From assembly GCA_963760735.1 (NCBI GenBank), contig CAVXEB010000007.1:62110-126109 (forward strand): a DNA stretch of 64,000 bases, written 5' to 3'. The stretch is from an uncultured Chloroflexia bacterium. Lineage in GTDB: Bacteria > Chloroflexota > Limnocylindria > Limnocylindrales > CSP1-4. A model generated the notes under the pieces. The model made no database searches. It was not told the origin of the DNA and was given only the letters and a program-made list of their open reading frames with translations. Below, in pieces: positions 36,693 to 45,640 of this stretch. Position 1 is the first letter of the stretch, and every line of letters starts with the position of its first letter. The position numbers and the translations under genes are program-made.

Positions 36693-37884
36693 ATGACGAC
36701 GTTCGATCCGCGCGCTCCGCTCGCCGCCGCGCCCGACCCCTGGGACGAGCAGCCCCCGCCGTCCGTGCGCCCTGGCCCGCCGTGGCACATGACCGACATG
36801 ATCGCCGCCGAGCCGTTCCTCGCCGAGCGGATCCTCGCCCGGCTGGACGATCCCTCGGGCCCGGCAGGCCGGCTCGCGGGCGCGATCGGGCAGGCCGCGA
36901 GCAGCGGTGCCCCGATCGTGGTGACCGGCTGCGGGACGAGCGAGCACGCGGCCATGGCCGTCGTCGAGATCCTGCGCGAAGGGCTGCGCTCGGGCGCCCT
37001 CCCGAGCGGGCCGTCCACGATCATCGCCGCCCAGGCGCTCGAGCTCTCACTGGAGCCACCGACCGGTGGACTCGTGATCGGGATCTCGCACGAGGGCGGA
37101 TCGGCCGCCACGATCCGGGCGCTGGAGGCTTCCGCGGCCGCCGGGGCGCGGACCGCGGTCATCACCGGCAGCGCCGGGCTCGCCGGCCGGCGCCGCGGCC
37201 GAGATGGTCGTCGCGACCGTCGAGATGGATCACGGCTGGTGCCACACCGTCGGATACGTGTCGCCGATCGTGGCCGCCGCGGCGATCGCGGCCGAGCTCG
37301 CCGATCGATCGGTCGACGCCGGGTCGATCCGGGACCTCCTGGCCTCCGGGGCCGCCGACACGGCCGGCGCCGAGTCGATCGCGGCCAGCCTGGCAGACTG
37401 CCGGACGATCGTGACCGTCGCGTCAGGAGCGGATCGACCGGCCGCCCGTGAGCTCGCGCTCAAGATCGAGGAAGCCGCCTGGATCCCGACCACGATGCGG
37501 GACCTGGAGACGTTCCTCCACGGCCACCTGCCCGCAACGGATTCCACGACGGGGCTCGTCCTGATCCTGGGCGACCGCGACGGGCGCGCTGCCCGCGTGG
37601 CCCGCGCCCGGCAGGCCCTGGCAGCGGCCCGGGTCGTCGGGGTCCGCTCCGCGGCGATCATCGCCCGCGACGTCCACGGCCAGCTCGACGCCGAGCTGAC
37701 GCCGGCCGGCCGCATCCGCATCGACGAGGCGAACGGTCTGTCCGCTCCCGTGGCGGCACTGATCGGGACGTCGACGCCCCTCCAGCTGCTCACCGAGCGG
37801 ATCGCCCGTGCCCGCGGCACGAACCCGGACCTGATCCGCCGCGACGATCCGGTCTACGTGGAGGCCGCGGCCGCCGCCGGCTGA
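36693..37884 (+). pseudogene. SIS-domain sugar-phosphate isomerase/aminotransferase-like protein, one frameshift (~37178)
   Basis: MTTFDPRAP...IVVTGCGTSEHAAMAV (SIS motif)...AVITGSAG continues in the frame of track ORF 37204..37884 (SPAGAAAEMVVATVEMDHGWCHTVGY...). Confidence 0.75.
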
Positions 37885-37885
37885 T

Positions 37886-38857
37886 TCAGAAGAGCAGCTC
37901 CGCCATCAGCTCGATCATCTCGAGGTCGCGCGGGACGAAGTCCTGGAGCATCACCCGCTCCGCGCCGGCCGCGGCGAACTCGTCGACCATTGCCCGGGCC
38001 TTGTCCCGCGTCCCGATCACCCAGCGCCGCTCGCGGGTCCGGAACCAGGCGTCGCCGCCGTCGACGTTGTCGAACGCGGCCAGCAGGTCGTGCTTCCGGC
38101 GGGCCAGCTCGGCATCGTCCCGTCCGATCAGGATGCCGGCCATCACCGATCGCGCCATCGTCGCCGGGTCCCGGCCGATCGCCGCACACGCGGCGTCAAG
38201 CGCGGCGAACTTCTCCTTCGCCGTGGCGGGCGAGGACGACGACAGGTTGAACTCGTCGGCATACCGGGCCGCGATCCGCATCGACCGCGGTGACCCCTCG
38301 CCACCGGCGAGGAGTCGCGGCCGCGACGCGCCGTTCGGCCCCGTCGGCCGGCCGGCCCGGGTTACCGGCTTGGGGTGGAAGTTGGCGTCCCGGATCGTCA
38401 CGTGCCGCCCCTCGAACGACCAGCCGTCCGGCTCGCCCCAGAGCCCGTGGAGCACCGCGAACTGCTCCTCCATGATGTCCGCCCGCTCGGCGATCTCGGG
38501 AAACGGCAGGCCGAGCTGCGAATGCTCGACGTCGTTCCAGCCCGCGCCGAGCCCGAACTCCAGGCGGCCGCCGCTCATCTCGTCGACTGTCGTCGCCACC
38601 TTCGCCAGGTTGCCGACGGTCCGGAAGGTCACGGGCGAGACGAGCGTCCCGAGCCCGATCGTCGTCGTGTCACGCGCCAGGCCCGCAAGGACCGCCCAGG
38701 CATCGGTCGTCGGCTGACCGGCCGGACCCGGAAAGCTCTGGTAGTGGTCCGAGCGGAAGAACGACTCGAAGCCCACCTGCTCCGCGCGCCGCACGATCGC
38801 GAGCTGCTCGTCGTAGGTCAGGCCCTGCTGGGGCTCGATCATCAGCGCGAAGCGCAT
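37886..38857 (-). CDS. LLM-class F420-dependent oxidoreductase
   Basis: ATG 38857 (MRFALMIEPQQGLTYDEQL) preceded by caGGGAGGacacgg. FRSDHY, EFGLGAGW. Confidence 0.88.
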   Translation of the reverse strand: MRFALMIEPQQGLTYDEQLAIVRRAEQVGFESFFRSDHYQSFPGPAGQPTTDAWAVLAGLARDTTTIGLGTLVSPVTFRTVGNLAKVATTVDEMSGGRLEFGLGAGWNDVEHSQLGLPFPEIAERADIMEEQFAVLHGLWGEPDGWSFEGRHVTIRDANFHPKPVTRAGRPTGPNGASRPRLLAGGEGSPRSMRIAARYADEFNLSSSSPATAKEKFAALDAACAAIGRDPATMARSVMAGILIGRDDAELARRKHDLLAAFDNVDGGDAWFRTRERRWVIGTRDKARAMVDEFAAAGAERVMLQDFVPRDLEMIELMAELLF

Positions 38858-38905
38858 CCGTGTCCTCCCTGGTCCGTTTCCTCGCCATGGACTCAATGTT
38901 CGTGG

Positions 38906-38934
38906 TTGACACGATCATTGCCTGTCGCTAGATT
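38906..38934 (+). promoter_or_regulatory. Near-consensus sigma-70-type promoter of marR (leaderless or near-leaderless)
   Basis: TTGACA-17 nt-TAGATT. The -10 ends 9 nt before the marR ATG (38944), so the predicted TSS is at or just before the start codon. No SD. Confidence 0.5.
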
Positions 38935-38943
38935 ATTCACTCG

Positions 38944-39468
38944 ATGGCAACTATCAACGACGGATTACCCGCGACCGCTCCCACTCGCCGACGACGGACG
39001 TCAGACGACGAGCTGATCGACACGGTGGTGGGCGATCTCCACGCGATGATCGGGAGCCTTCGCTGCGCCGGCACGGGCCGCATGGTCAAGGCCGGCATCA
39101 GCATGACCCACCTCCACATTCTGTGGGTTCTCGAGCACCACGGTGACCTGACGATGACCCGTCTCGCCGAGCTGCTCGACGTCTCCCTCAGCAACGCCAC
39201 CGGACTGATCGACCGGATGGAGGAGCGGGGCCTCGTCGAGCGGATCCGCGTCCCGAGTGATCGCCGGATCGTGCTGGTCCGAGCGTCCGCGGAGGGTGTC
39301 CGGATCCGCGACGAGATCGAGGCCCTGAAGCAGGATCGACTGCGGTCGATCCTCGGCCGGCTCGACCCGTCCAGCCTCCGGCGCGTCCTGGTTGCCATCG
39401 CCGATCTGCGCGGCGCCGTCGTCGCCGAGATCGGCCCGGACCATCTCGAAGGCCACGCCCACCCCTGA
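38944..39468 (+). CDS. MarR-family transcriptional regulator
   Basis: 174-aa track ORF. MTHLHILWVLEHHGDLTMTRLAELLDVSLSNATGLIDRMEERGLVERIRVPSDRRIVLV. Confidence 0.9.
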   Translation: MATINDGLPATAPTRRRRTSDDELIDTVVGDLHAMIGSLRCAGTGRMVKAGISMTHLHILWVLEHHGDLTMTRLAELLDVSLSNATGLIDRMEERGLVERIRVPSDRRIVLVRASAEGVRIRDEIEALKQDRLRSILGRLDPSSLRRVLVAIADLRGAVVAEIGPDHLEGHAHP

Positions 39469-39520
39469 CCCGCGGCCCCGGCCGCACCTGACCTGAGACC
39501 AAATGGAGGAAGGAGCCTCG

Positions 39521-41249
39521 ATGGAAGCGATCCCCGTCGGCCACGACGACTACGTGCCGACTCTGGAGGAGGATCCAGCGCTCGGACTGCCCATGCGGCA
39601 GAAGCTGGAAATCCTCTTCGCCGTCATGCTCGGCCTGTTCCTCGGCGCCCTCGACCAGACGATCGTGGGTCCGGCGCTGCCGACGATCGTCACCCAGCTG
39701 AACGGCAACGACCTCTACAACTGGGTGGTCATCAGCTACCTGCTGACCAGCACGATCAGCGTCCCGTTCTGGGGCAAGCTGTCCGACCTCTACGGCCGGA
39801 AGCCGATGTTCATGATCGGCATCGTCATCTTCCTCGTCGGCTCGGCGCTGTCAGGCCTCTCGCAGAACATGGGCCAGCTGATCCTGTTCCGCGGCATCCA
39901 GGGCATCGGCGCGGGCTCGCTGTTCCCGATCGCCCTCGCGGTCATCGGCGACCTCTTCTCCCCGGCCGAGCGCGGCCGAGTACCAGGGCCTCTTCGGCGC
40001 CGTCTTCGGGATCGCGTTCATCGCGGGCCCGCTCATCGGCGGCTGGCTCACCGAGAACTACAGCTGGCACTGGATCTTCTACGTCAACATCCCGATCGGG
40101 CTGGTCTCGCTGTTCGTCATCTCGCGGCTCCTCCCGACGGTGAAGAACCCGGGGGCGACACGGAACTTCGACGTTCTCGGCGGGGTGATCTTCACGATTG
40201 CCACGAGCGCGTTCCTGATCGGCCTGACCTACAAGGGCCTGACGAACGCCGCGACCCATCACACGTACGACTGGGCGACCTTCGAGGTCGGCGGCCTGAT
40301 CCTGATCGGGCTCGTCGGGTTCGCGTTCTTCATCTGGGCCGAGTCCCGGGCGAAGGAGCCGATCGTCCCGCTCGACCTCTTCCGGAACCGGACGTACGCC
40401 TCGTCGATGGTCGCGACCTTCTTCGCCGCATTTGCGTTCTTCGGCGCGATCATCTTCCTGCCGCGCTGGTTCCAGATCGTCCAGGGCTACAGCCCGACGA
40501 ACTCGGGCCTCGCGGCCCTGCCCCTGATGGTCGGCCTGATCTTCAGCTCGATCGCCTCGGGCCTGATCGTCGCGCGAACCGGCCGCTACAAGTGGCTCGT
40601 CGTCGGAGCGATCGTCGTCATGGGCGCAGCGACTGCGCTGATGACCCAGCTGACGGCGACCACGCCGGTGCCGATCGTCTGGCTGTGGATGTTCATCGCC
40701 GGCCTCGGCGTCGGCCCGACGTTCGCGGTCTTCACCCTGATCGTCCAGAACGCCGTGCCGTTCCACATGCTCGGCGTCGCGACGTCCAACCTGACGTTCT
40801 TCCGCCAGATCGGCGGCACGATCGCCCTGGCCATCGTCGGCACGATCTTCGGGAACGCGTTCCTGAACGAGCTTGCGCCGCAGATGACCGCGTCGGGCGT
40901 TCCGGCAGGGGTTGTCCAGGGCTTCACCGCCGCCATCAACTCCGGCGCCTTCGACACGAACCAGCTCGTCGGGACCGGCGATCTCGGCAAGTCGATCGCG
41001 GCCGCCCAGCCGGCCCTCGCACCGATCGTTCCGAACATCGTGGCCGGCATCCACTCCGCATTCAGCCTCGCGGTCGCCCAGACCTTCTGGATCGGCGTCG
41101 GGGCGTCGATCATCGCGGCCCTGGCCGCGGCCGCGATGAAGGAGCTCCCGCTCCGTCGCGAGTCCAACGCCCAGGAGGCGGCCGCCGCCGCCAGGGCCGC
41201 GGCCGGCACCACCGATGGGACCCGCCCGGCGCTTCCCGCGGCAGACTGA
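39521..41249 (+). pseudogene. DHA2-family MFS efflux transporter, one frameshift (~39979)
   Basis: ATG 39521 after GGAGGAAGGAGcctcg. GKLSDLYGRKPMF (motif A). ...DLFSPAERGR | YQGLFGAVFGIAFIAGPLIGGWLTENYSWHWIFYVNIPIG continues into track ORF 40140..41249. 14-TM type. Confidence 0.85.
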
Positions 41250-41300
41250 CTCGCACCACCCTTCGGCGTCGGACCCCGACGCGGAACCGCTCCTCCACAC

Positions 41301-41328
41301 GACCCCGGCGGGCCTGCCCGCCGGGGTC
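41301..41328 (+). terminator. Strong hairpin after the MFS gene
   Basis: gaccccggcggg-cctg-cccgccggggtc (12-bp perfect stem), 52 nt after the stop. No U-tract. Confidence 0.45.
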
Positions 41329-41397
41329 GCTCCCTGTCCGGCGCCTTGATCGGGACGCCTCGCCGCGTGCACCACGGGTCCGCGATAGGATCGCCGG

Positions 41398-41922
41398 GTG
41401 ATCCCCGACCATCCGAGCCCACCGATCCCTGCCGCCTTCCCGGCCGACCTGTGCGCGCCGGGAGTCGCGGACCGCGAGGCGATTGCGGTCGACGCGGGCC
41501 CCGTCGCGGACCTGCCGGAGGGGTCGATGCGCCGGGTGACGCACGGGGACCTCGACGTCCTGGTTGCCCACACCCCGGCCGGGCTCGTTGCGGTCGACGA
41601 CCGCTGCCCGCACATGTCGGCGCCACTGTCGATCGGCGAGCTCGACGGCTGCGTCGTCGCGTGCCCGCTCCACGAAGGCCGATTCGACCTGTGCTCCGGC
41701 GCCGTGGTCCGGATGCCGACGACCGGCGGGCTCGACGCCGAGGGGACCTACCACCCGACCTGGTCGCCCGCCGGCAAGGAGCCGAAGGTCGATCCGCCCG
41801 GGACGAAGGCGCAGGCCCGCCGGCTGACGCGCGTCCGGCGTCTTCGCTACTACCCGCTGCGGATCGTCGGCGGCCGGATCGAGGTCACGATCCCGGCCGG
41901 GAGCGGCGCCGAGGGCGTCTAG
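41398..41922 (+). CDS. Rieske [2Fe-2S] domain protein
   Basis: CPHMSAPL...CPLHEGRF (CxH...CxxH). Confidence 0.85.
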   Translation: MIPDHPSPPIPAAFPADLCAPGVADREAIAVDAGPVADLPEGSMRRVTHGDLDVLVAHTPAGLVAVDDRCPHMSAPLSIGELDGCVVACPLHEGRFDLCSGAVVRMPTTGGLDAEGTYHPTWSPAGKEPKVDPPGTKAQARRLTRVRRLRYYPLRIVGGRIEVTIPAGSGAEGV

Positions 41923-42812
41923 CGGATCTCCCCCTCGGACACGTCCTCGGGGTGAGCCTGGGCGACGTCCGCGAGGATGATGTCGACGACCTCGTCCGGG
42001 TCGTCGGTCAGATTCAGCAACCCGAGATCCGCCTCGGAGATGGCGTGGGCCGGGAGCTGCGTCGAGCGCAACCAATCGAGCATCCCCTGCCAGTAGGCCG
42101 TCCCCACCAGGACGACCGGGAAGTCGCGGATCTTGCCGGTCTGGATGAGCGTCAGGCTCTCGAACAGCTCGTCGAGGGTTCCGAACCCGCCCGGCAGGAT
42201 CACGAACGCGTCGGCGTACTTCACGAACATCGTCTTGCGGGCGAAGAAGTACTTGAACTCGACGCCGAGGTCGACGTAGGGATTGAGGCCCTGCTCGTGC
42301 GGAAGCTCGATGTTGCAGCCGATCGACAGCCCACCGCCCTCGCGGCAGCCGCGGTTCGCCGCCTCCATGATCCCGGGGCCGCCGCCGGTGATGATCGCGA
42401 AGCCGCGCTCGGCGAGCCGGCGGGCGATCGTCCGGGCCAGCTCGTAGTCGTGGGAGCTCGCGTCCGCGCGGGCCGATCCGAAGATCGTGACGGCCGGCCC
42501 GACCGCGGCCAGGGCATCGAACCCCTCGACGAACTCGCTGAGGATCCGGAGCGCCCGCCACGGGTCGCTGTCGACGAAGTCCGGCCGGCCGTCGGTTCGC
42601 CGCCGCTCGAGGAGCTGTTCGTCCTCGGTCGTCCCGGGCTTGCCGATGCGCGCGGCAGCGTCGCGCCGCATGACAATGCGGCCGCTGCGTCGTCCCGCGT
42701 CCTCCGGCGTCGCCTCGGCGTCCGCGACCGGCGCCCCGGCAGCCTGACCCGCGTCGGCCGCCGGTGTCGCGGCCGTCGTCCCGGAACCATCGCCGGTCGC
42801 TCTGTCGTTCAT
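41919..42812 (-). CDS. LOG family (TIGR00730, lysine-decarboxylase-like) nucleotide hydrolase
   Basis: ATG 42812 MNDRATGDG. GGGPGIMEAANRG and PGGFGTLDELFE motifs. Confidence 0.88.
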   Translation of the reverse strand: MNDRATGDGSGTTAATPAADAGQAAGAPVADAEATPEDAGRRSGRIVMRRDAAARIGKPGTTEDEQLLERRRTDGRPDFVDSDPWRALRILSEFVEGFDALAAVGPAVTIFGSARADASSHDYELARTIARRLAERGFAIITGGGPGIMEAANRGCREGGGLSIGCNIELPHEQGLNPYVDLGVEFKYFFARKTMFVKYADAFVILPGGFGTLDELFESLTLIQTGKIRDFPVVLVGTAYWQGMLDWLRSTQLPAHAISEADLGLLNLTDDPDEVVDIILADVAQAHPEDVSEGEIR

Positions 42813-42843
42813 GGAAGTAGCATCGCATTCCTTCGGAGGTGAC

Positions 42844-43041
42844 ATGCATCGGACTCGGGCCATCGGAGCCTTCATCCTCATCGCGCTCGGGCTCGTCTGG
42901 ATCGGCCAGGGCACCGCGATCATCAAGGGCAGCGGCTTCATGACCGGCGACCCGTTCTGGGCGTGGGTCGGCGTCGCCCTCGTCGTCGTCGGGATCGCCC
43001 TCGGCTTCGTCGAGCTCAGGTCGCGGCGCGCCTCACACTGA
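42844..43041 (+). CDS. Small 2-TM membrane protein
   Basis: ATG 42844 after GGAGGTgac. MHRTRAIGAFILIALGLVWIGQG...FWAWVGVALVVVGIALGFVEL. In frame in track ORF 42811..43041. Confidence 0.5.
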   Translation: MHRTRAIGAFILIALGLVWIGQGTAIIKGSGFMTGDPFWAWVGVALVVVGIALGFVELRSRRASH

Positions 43042-43404
43042 GCCCCGCCGCCGGGCGAGCCAGCCGTTCCAGGTGGCCTCGTCGCGCCCTGCCGCGACGT
43101 CGTCGCCGAAGCGCACGAGCGGCAGCCGGAGCAGCGCCGGGCTGGCAAGCAGGCGCTCGACGATCTCGGCCTCGTCCATCCGGAGATAGCCGAGGCCCGC
43201 GTCGCGGTACGCCTTCGACGCGTCGTCGAGCAGCGCCCGGGCGCCGAGCCGGTCGACGAACCGGCGGAGCTCGCCGCGGGCGATCGGCTTGCGGGTCAGG
43301 TCGACCTGGTGGATCGCGACCCGCCGCTCCTTGAAGAACCGGACTGCGGCGCGCGTGCCGGCGTCGCGGTCGTGACCGAAGATCTGGACCGAGACGTCGG
43401 GCAT
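43033..43404 (-). CDS. ArsC/Spx/YffB-family protein lacking the usual N-terminal Cys
   Basis: ATG 43404 MPDVSVQIFGHDRDAGTRAAVRFFKERRVAIHQVDLTRKPI...LLRLPLVR. Family-like fold, but the position of the catalytic Cys reads D-A-G-T. Confidence 0.7.
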   Translation of the reverse strand: MPDVSVQIFGHDRDAGTRAAVRFFKERRVAIHQVDLTRKPIARGELRRFVDRLGARALLDDASKAYRDAGLGYLRMDEAEIVERLLASPALLRLPLVRFGDDVAAGRDEATWNGWLARRRGSV

Positions 43405-43489
43405 GGCCCGATCGTAGCCGTGCCGACCGCGGCGGCGTGGCCGGACCGGTCCCACGCGGGTACCATCGGCCGACACAGGAGGTGGCGGC

Positions 43490-43753
43490 GTGTCGGTCTG
43501 GTTCACGGTCAAGCTCGACGATCGACCCGGAGCGCTCGCGCGCATGGCGACGGCCCTTGCCGAGCGCGGGGTGAACATCGCGGGGATCGTCGGGATCGCC
43601 GAGGACACCGACGGTGAGCTGATGCTCGAGACGAGCGACGCGGAGCTCACCCGCGCGGCGTTCGACGCCGCCGGCATCCGCTACGAGGCCCACCAGGACG
43701 CGGACGGCGCCGATCCCGGGCAGATGTCGATCGCCGACATCGTCGCCCGCTGA
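43490..43753 (+). CDS. Stand-alone ACT domain protein
   Basis: GTG after AGGAGGtggcggc. VWFTVKLDDRPGALARMATALAERGVNIAGIVG. Confidence 0.7.
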   Translation: MSVWFTVKLDDRPGALARMATALAERGVNIAGIVGIAEDTDGELMLETSDAELTRAAFDAAGIRYEAHQDADGADPGQMSIADIVAR

Positions 43754-43779
43754 CGCCACCGGACGCCGACCGGCCCGAC

Positions 43780-44463
43780 GTGTCCCGTACGCCCGCTGCC
43801 CCGTCGACCGCGGCGGCCGTCCGGCTCGACGTCCTCGAGGGACCGCCCGTGGTCGCGGCGATCGCCGGCCGGCTCGCCGAGCGCGGCGGCCGCGTCCGGA
43901 CCGTGGCGACGGTCCGGTCGCTCGAGACCAACCCGCCCCAGGCCGAGATCGAGGTCGAGGTCGACGGGATGACCGAGGACGAGCTGGTCGACGCCCTCGA
44001 CGGCTTGGCGGACGTCCAGGCGATCCGCCGGACCCGGGCCCTCGGCTCGATCTTCGGGAAGCGCGTGATCGTGGTGGGCGGCGGCGCCCAGGTCGCCCAG
44101 GTCGCGCTCGGGGCGGTCAGCGAGGCCGATCGGCACAATCTCCGCGGCGAGCGGATCAGCGTCGACACGATTCCGCTCGTCGGCGAGGCGAACATCGCGG
44201 CCGCGGTCCGCGCCGTCGCCGACCTGCCACGGGCTCGCCTGCTCGTCCTCGCTGGCTCGATCATGGGTGGCGACATCTCGGCCGCCGCCGACGAGCTGCG
44301 GGCGGTCGGCGTCCCGATCATCGCCCTGAACATGGTCGGCTCGATCACCGACCACGTCGACCTCGTGGTCAGCGATCCGGTCCAGGCCGGGACGATGGCC
44401 GTGATGGCGATCGCGGACACGGCCACGTTCGACCTCGTGCGGCAGCGCGGCCGCAAGTACTGA
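43780..44463 (+). CDS. Uncharacterised protein, ACT-like N-terminal half plus Rossmann-like C-terminal half
   Basis: 227-aa track ORF. RLDVLEGPPVVAAIAGRLAERGGRV..., then KRVIVVGGGAQVAQVALGAV. 26 nt after the ACT gene. Confidence 0.6.
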   Translation: MSRTPAAPSTAAAVRLDVLEGPPVVAAIAGRLAERGGRVRTVATVRSLETNPPQAEIEVEVDGMTEDELVDALDGLADVQAIRRTRALGSIFGKRVIVVGGGAQVAQVALGAVSEADRHNLRGERISVDTIPLVGEANIAAAVRAVADLPRARLLVLAGSIMGGDISAAADELRAVGVPIIALNMVGSITDHVDLVVSDPVQAGTMAVMAIADTATFDLVRQRGRKY

Positions 44464-44748
44464 GGTCCCGGGTGCCGGTCGCGGCCCCCGCTCCCCTCGA
44501 TTCCGCCATCTCGTCCCGAGGCGTCGAGGATCAGCTCGCACGCCACGAAACGCCGTCAGATCGTCGCCCGAGGACGAACAGGGCACGTGCGGCGGATGCA
44601 ACGGCGGAACCCACGCACGATCCCGCACGTTCCGGCGACGGATTCGGCCTCGAACCGCGCTCCATCGTCCAGCCACGACGATCTGACAGGAACGCCGAGT
44701 CCAGGGCTCGTCCATCGACGCCCGACGACGATCCGGCACGGCCGGCGA

Positions 44749-44869
44749 GACTGCGTTCGTCGCGCACGGCCGTGGCTGGCAAGGCGGCCGGGAGGACCGG
44801 AGCGAGTGAGATTGACGGCCGGTGAGCGAGGACCGCAGCCGGCAACGCGGTCCGGCGTCCGTCCAGGCG
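44749..44869. repeat. Copy A of a ~120-nt intergenic repeat (downstream of dinB stop)
   Basis: gactgcgttcgtcgcg...ggctggcaaggcg...ggagcgag...gtgagcgag...cgcagccggcaacgcggtcc...tccaggcg. My hand alignment to 45500..45619 gives 104 matches in 121 columns. Confidence 0.7.
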
Positions 44870-44890
44870 TCCCGCCGGGCGAACCGGCCT

Positions 44891-45400
44891 TCAGTGCTGG
44901 CTCGGAACCTCCGACACGCGCCCGTCCTGCGCGCCGTAGTCCCAGACGTCGATGAGCGGCGGCTCGATCCCGAGCGTCGTGAGGGCCGTGCAGATCTGGC
45001 TCCGGTGATCCGTGCCGTGGTGGATCGCCTGGGCGAGCCGGATGCCGGCCGGGGCGTGACTCTGACTCCCGTCGTCGCGATGCCGGGTCACCACCGCGTC
45101 AGGGTCGGTCTGCCGGTCGAGCACCGCAGACCAGTCCGCGGCGGCCGTCTCCATCGTCGCCCGCAGCGCGGCGACGTCCATCGAACCCTCGTCGTTCAGC
45201 GCGACCTGCCCGTCGCTCAGCACGAAGAGGTAGGAACGGTCGGCGTCGACGAGGTGGCGGATCGTGTCGAGAATCGAGCCATACGTGCCCGGCACCGTCG
45301 TCGCCAGCTGCGCATCGTCGAGCGCGAGGCAGACGTCCAGCAGGCGGAGCGTCGCCCAGGCATGGTGGCCGAACGCGTCGGCGAGCGGCGAGCGCGTCAT
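44891..45400 (-). CDS. DinB-family (DUF664-like) metal-dependent protein
   Basis: ATG 45400 after GAGGTGAcgat. MTRSPLADAFGHHAWATLRLL...AIHHGTDHRSQI (His triad pattern). Confidence 0.85.
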   Translation of the reverse strand: MTRSPLADAFGHHAWATLRLLDVCLALDDAQLATTVPGTYGSILDTIRHLVDADRSYLFVLSDGQVALNDEGSMDVAALRATMETAAADWSAVLDRQTDPDAVVTRHRDDGSQSHAPAGIRLAQAIHHGTDHRSQICTALTTLGIEPPLIDVWDYGAQDGRVSEVPSQH

Positions 45401-45499
45401 ATCGTCACCTCGGATCCCGATCGGGTCATCGCGCGAGTCGCGGTCCCGGAAGCATCCGACCCGCACCGGTCAGGATCGGGCAGGAATTGGACTGCAGGC

Positions 45500-45619
45500 G
45501 ACTGCGTTCGTCGCGGATGGGCGAGGCTGGCAAGGCGCCGGGGAGCAGCGGAGCGAGCGGGCTTGAAGGCCCGTGAGCGAGCAGCGCAGCCGGCAACGCG
45601 GTCCAGCGTCGTCCAGGCG
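45500..45619. repeat. Copy B of the ~120-nt intergenic repeat (downstream of aldH stop, upstream of dinB)
   Basis: See copy A. Same orientation; begins 22 nt from the aldH stop codon. Confidence 0.7.
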
Positions 45620-45640
45620 CGACAGCCGGAAGTCCCGCCG

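Noticed and set aside
36645-39520. Upstream alternative starts given by the ORF track for the SIS gene (36645) and the MFS gene (39503)
   Set aside because: For the MFS gene, the downstream ATG (39521) has a better RBS, and the first ATG lies inside that RBS (ATGGAGGAAGGAG). For the SIS gene, 36693 is the first ATG, and the upstream residues of the track ORF (MTERCRGRDPDPYPRS, non-ATG start) look non-coding.
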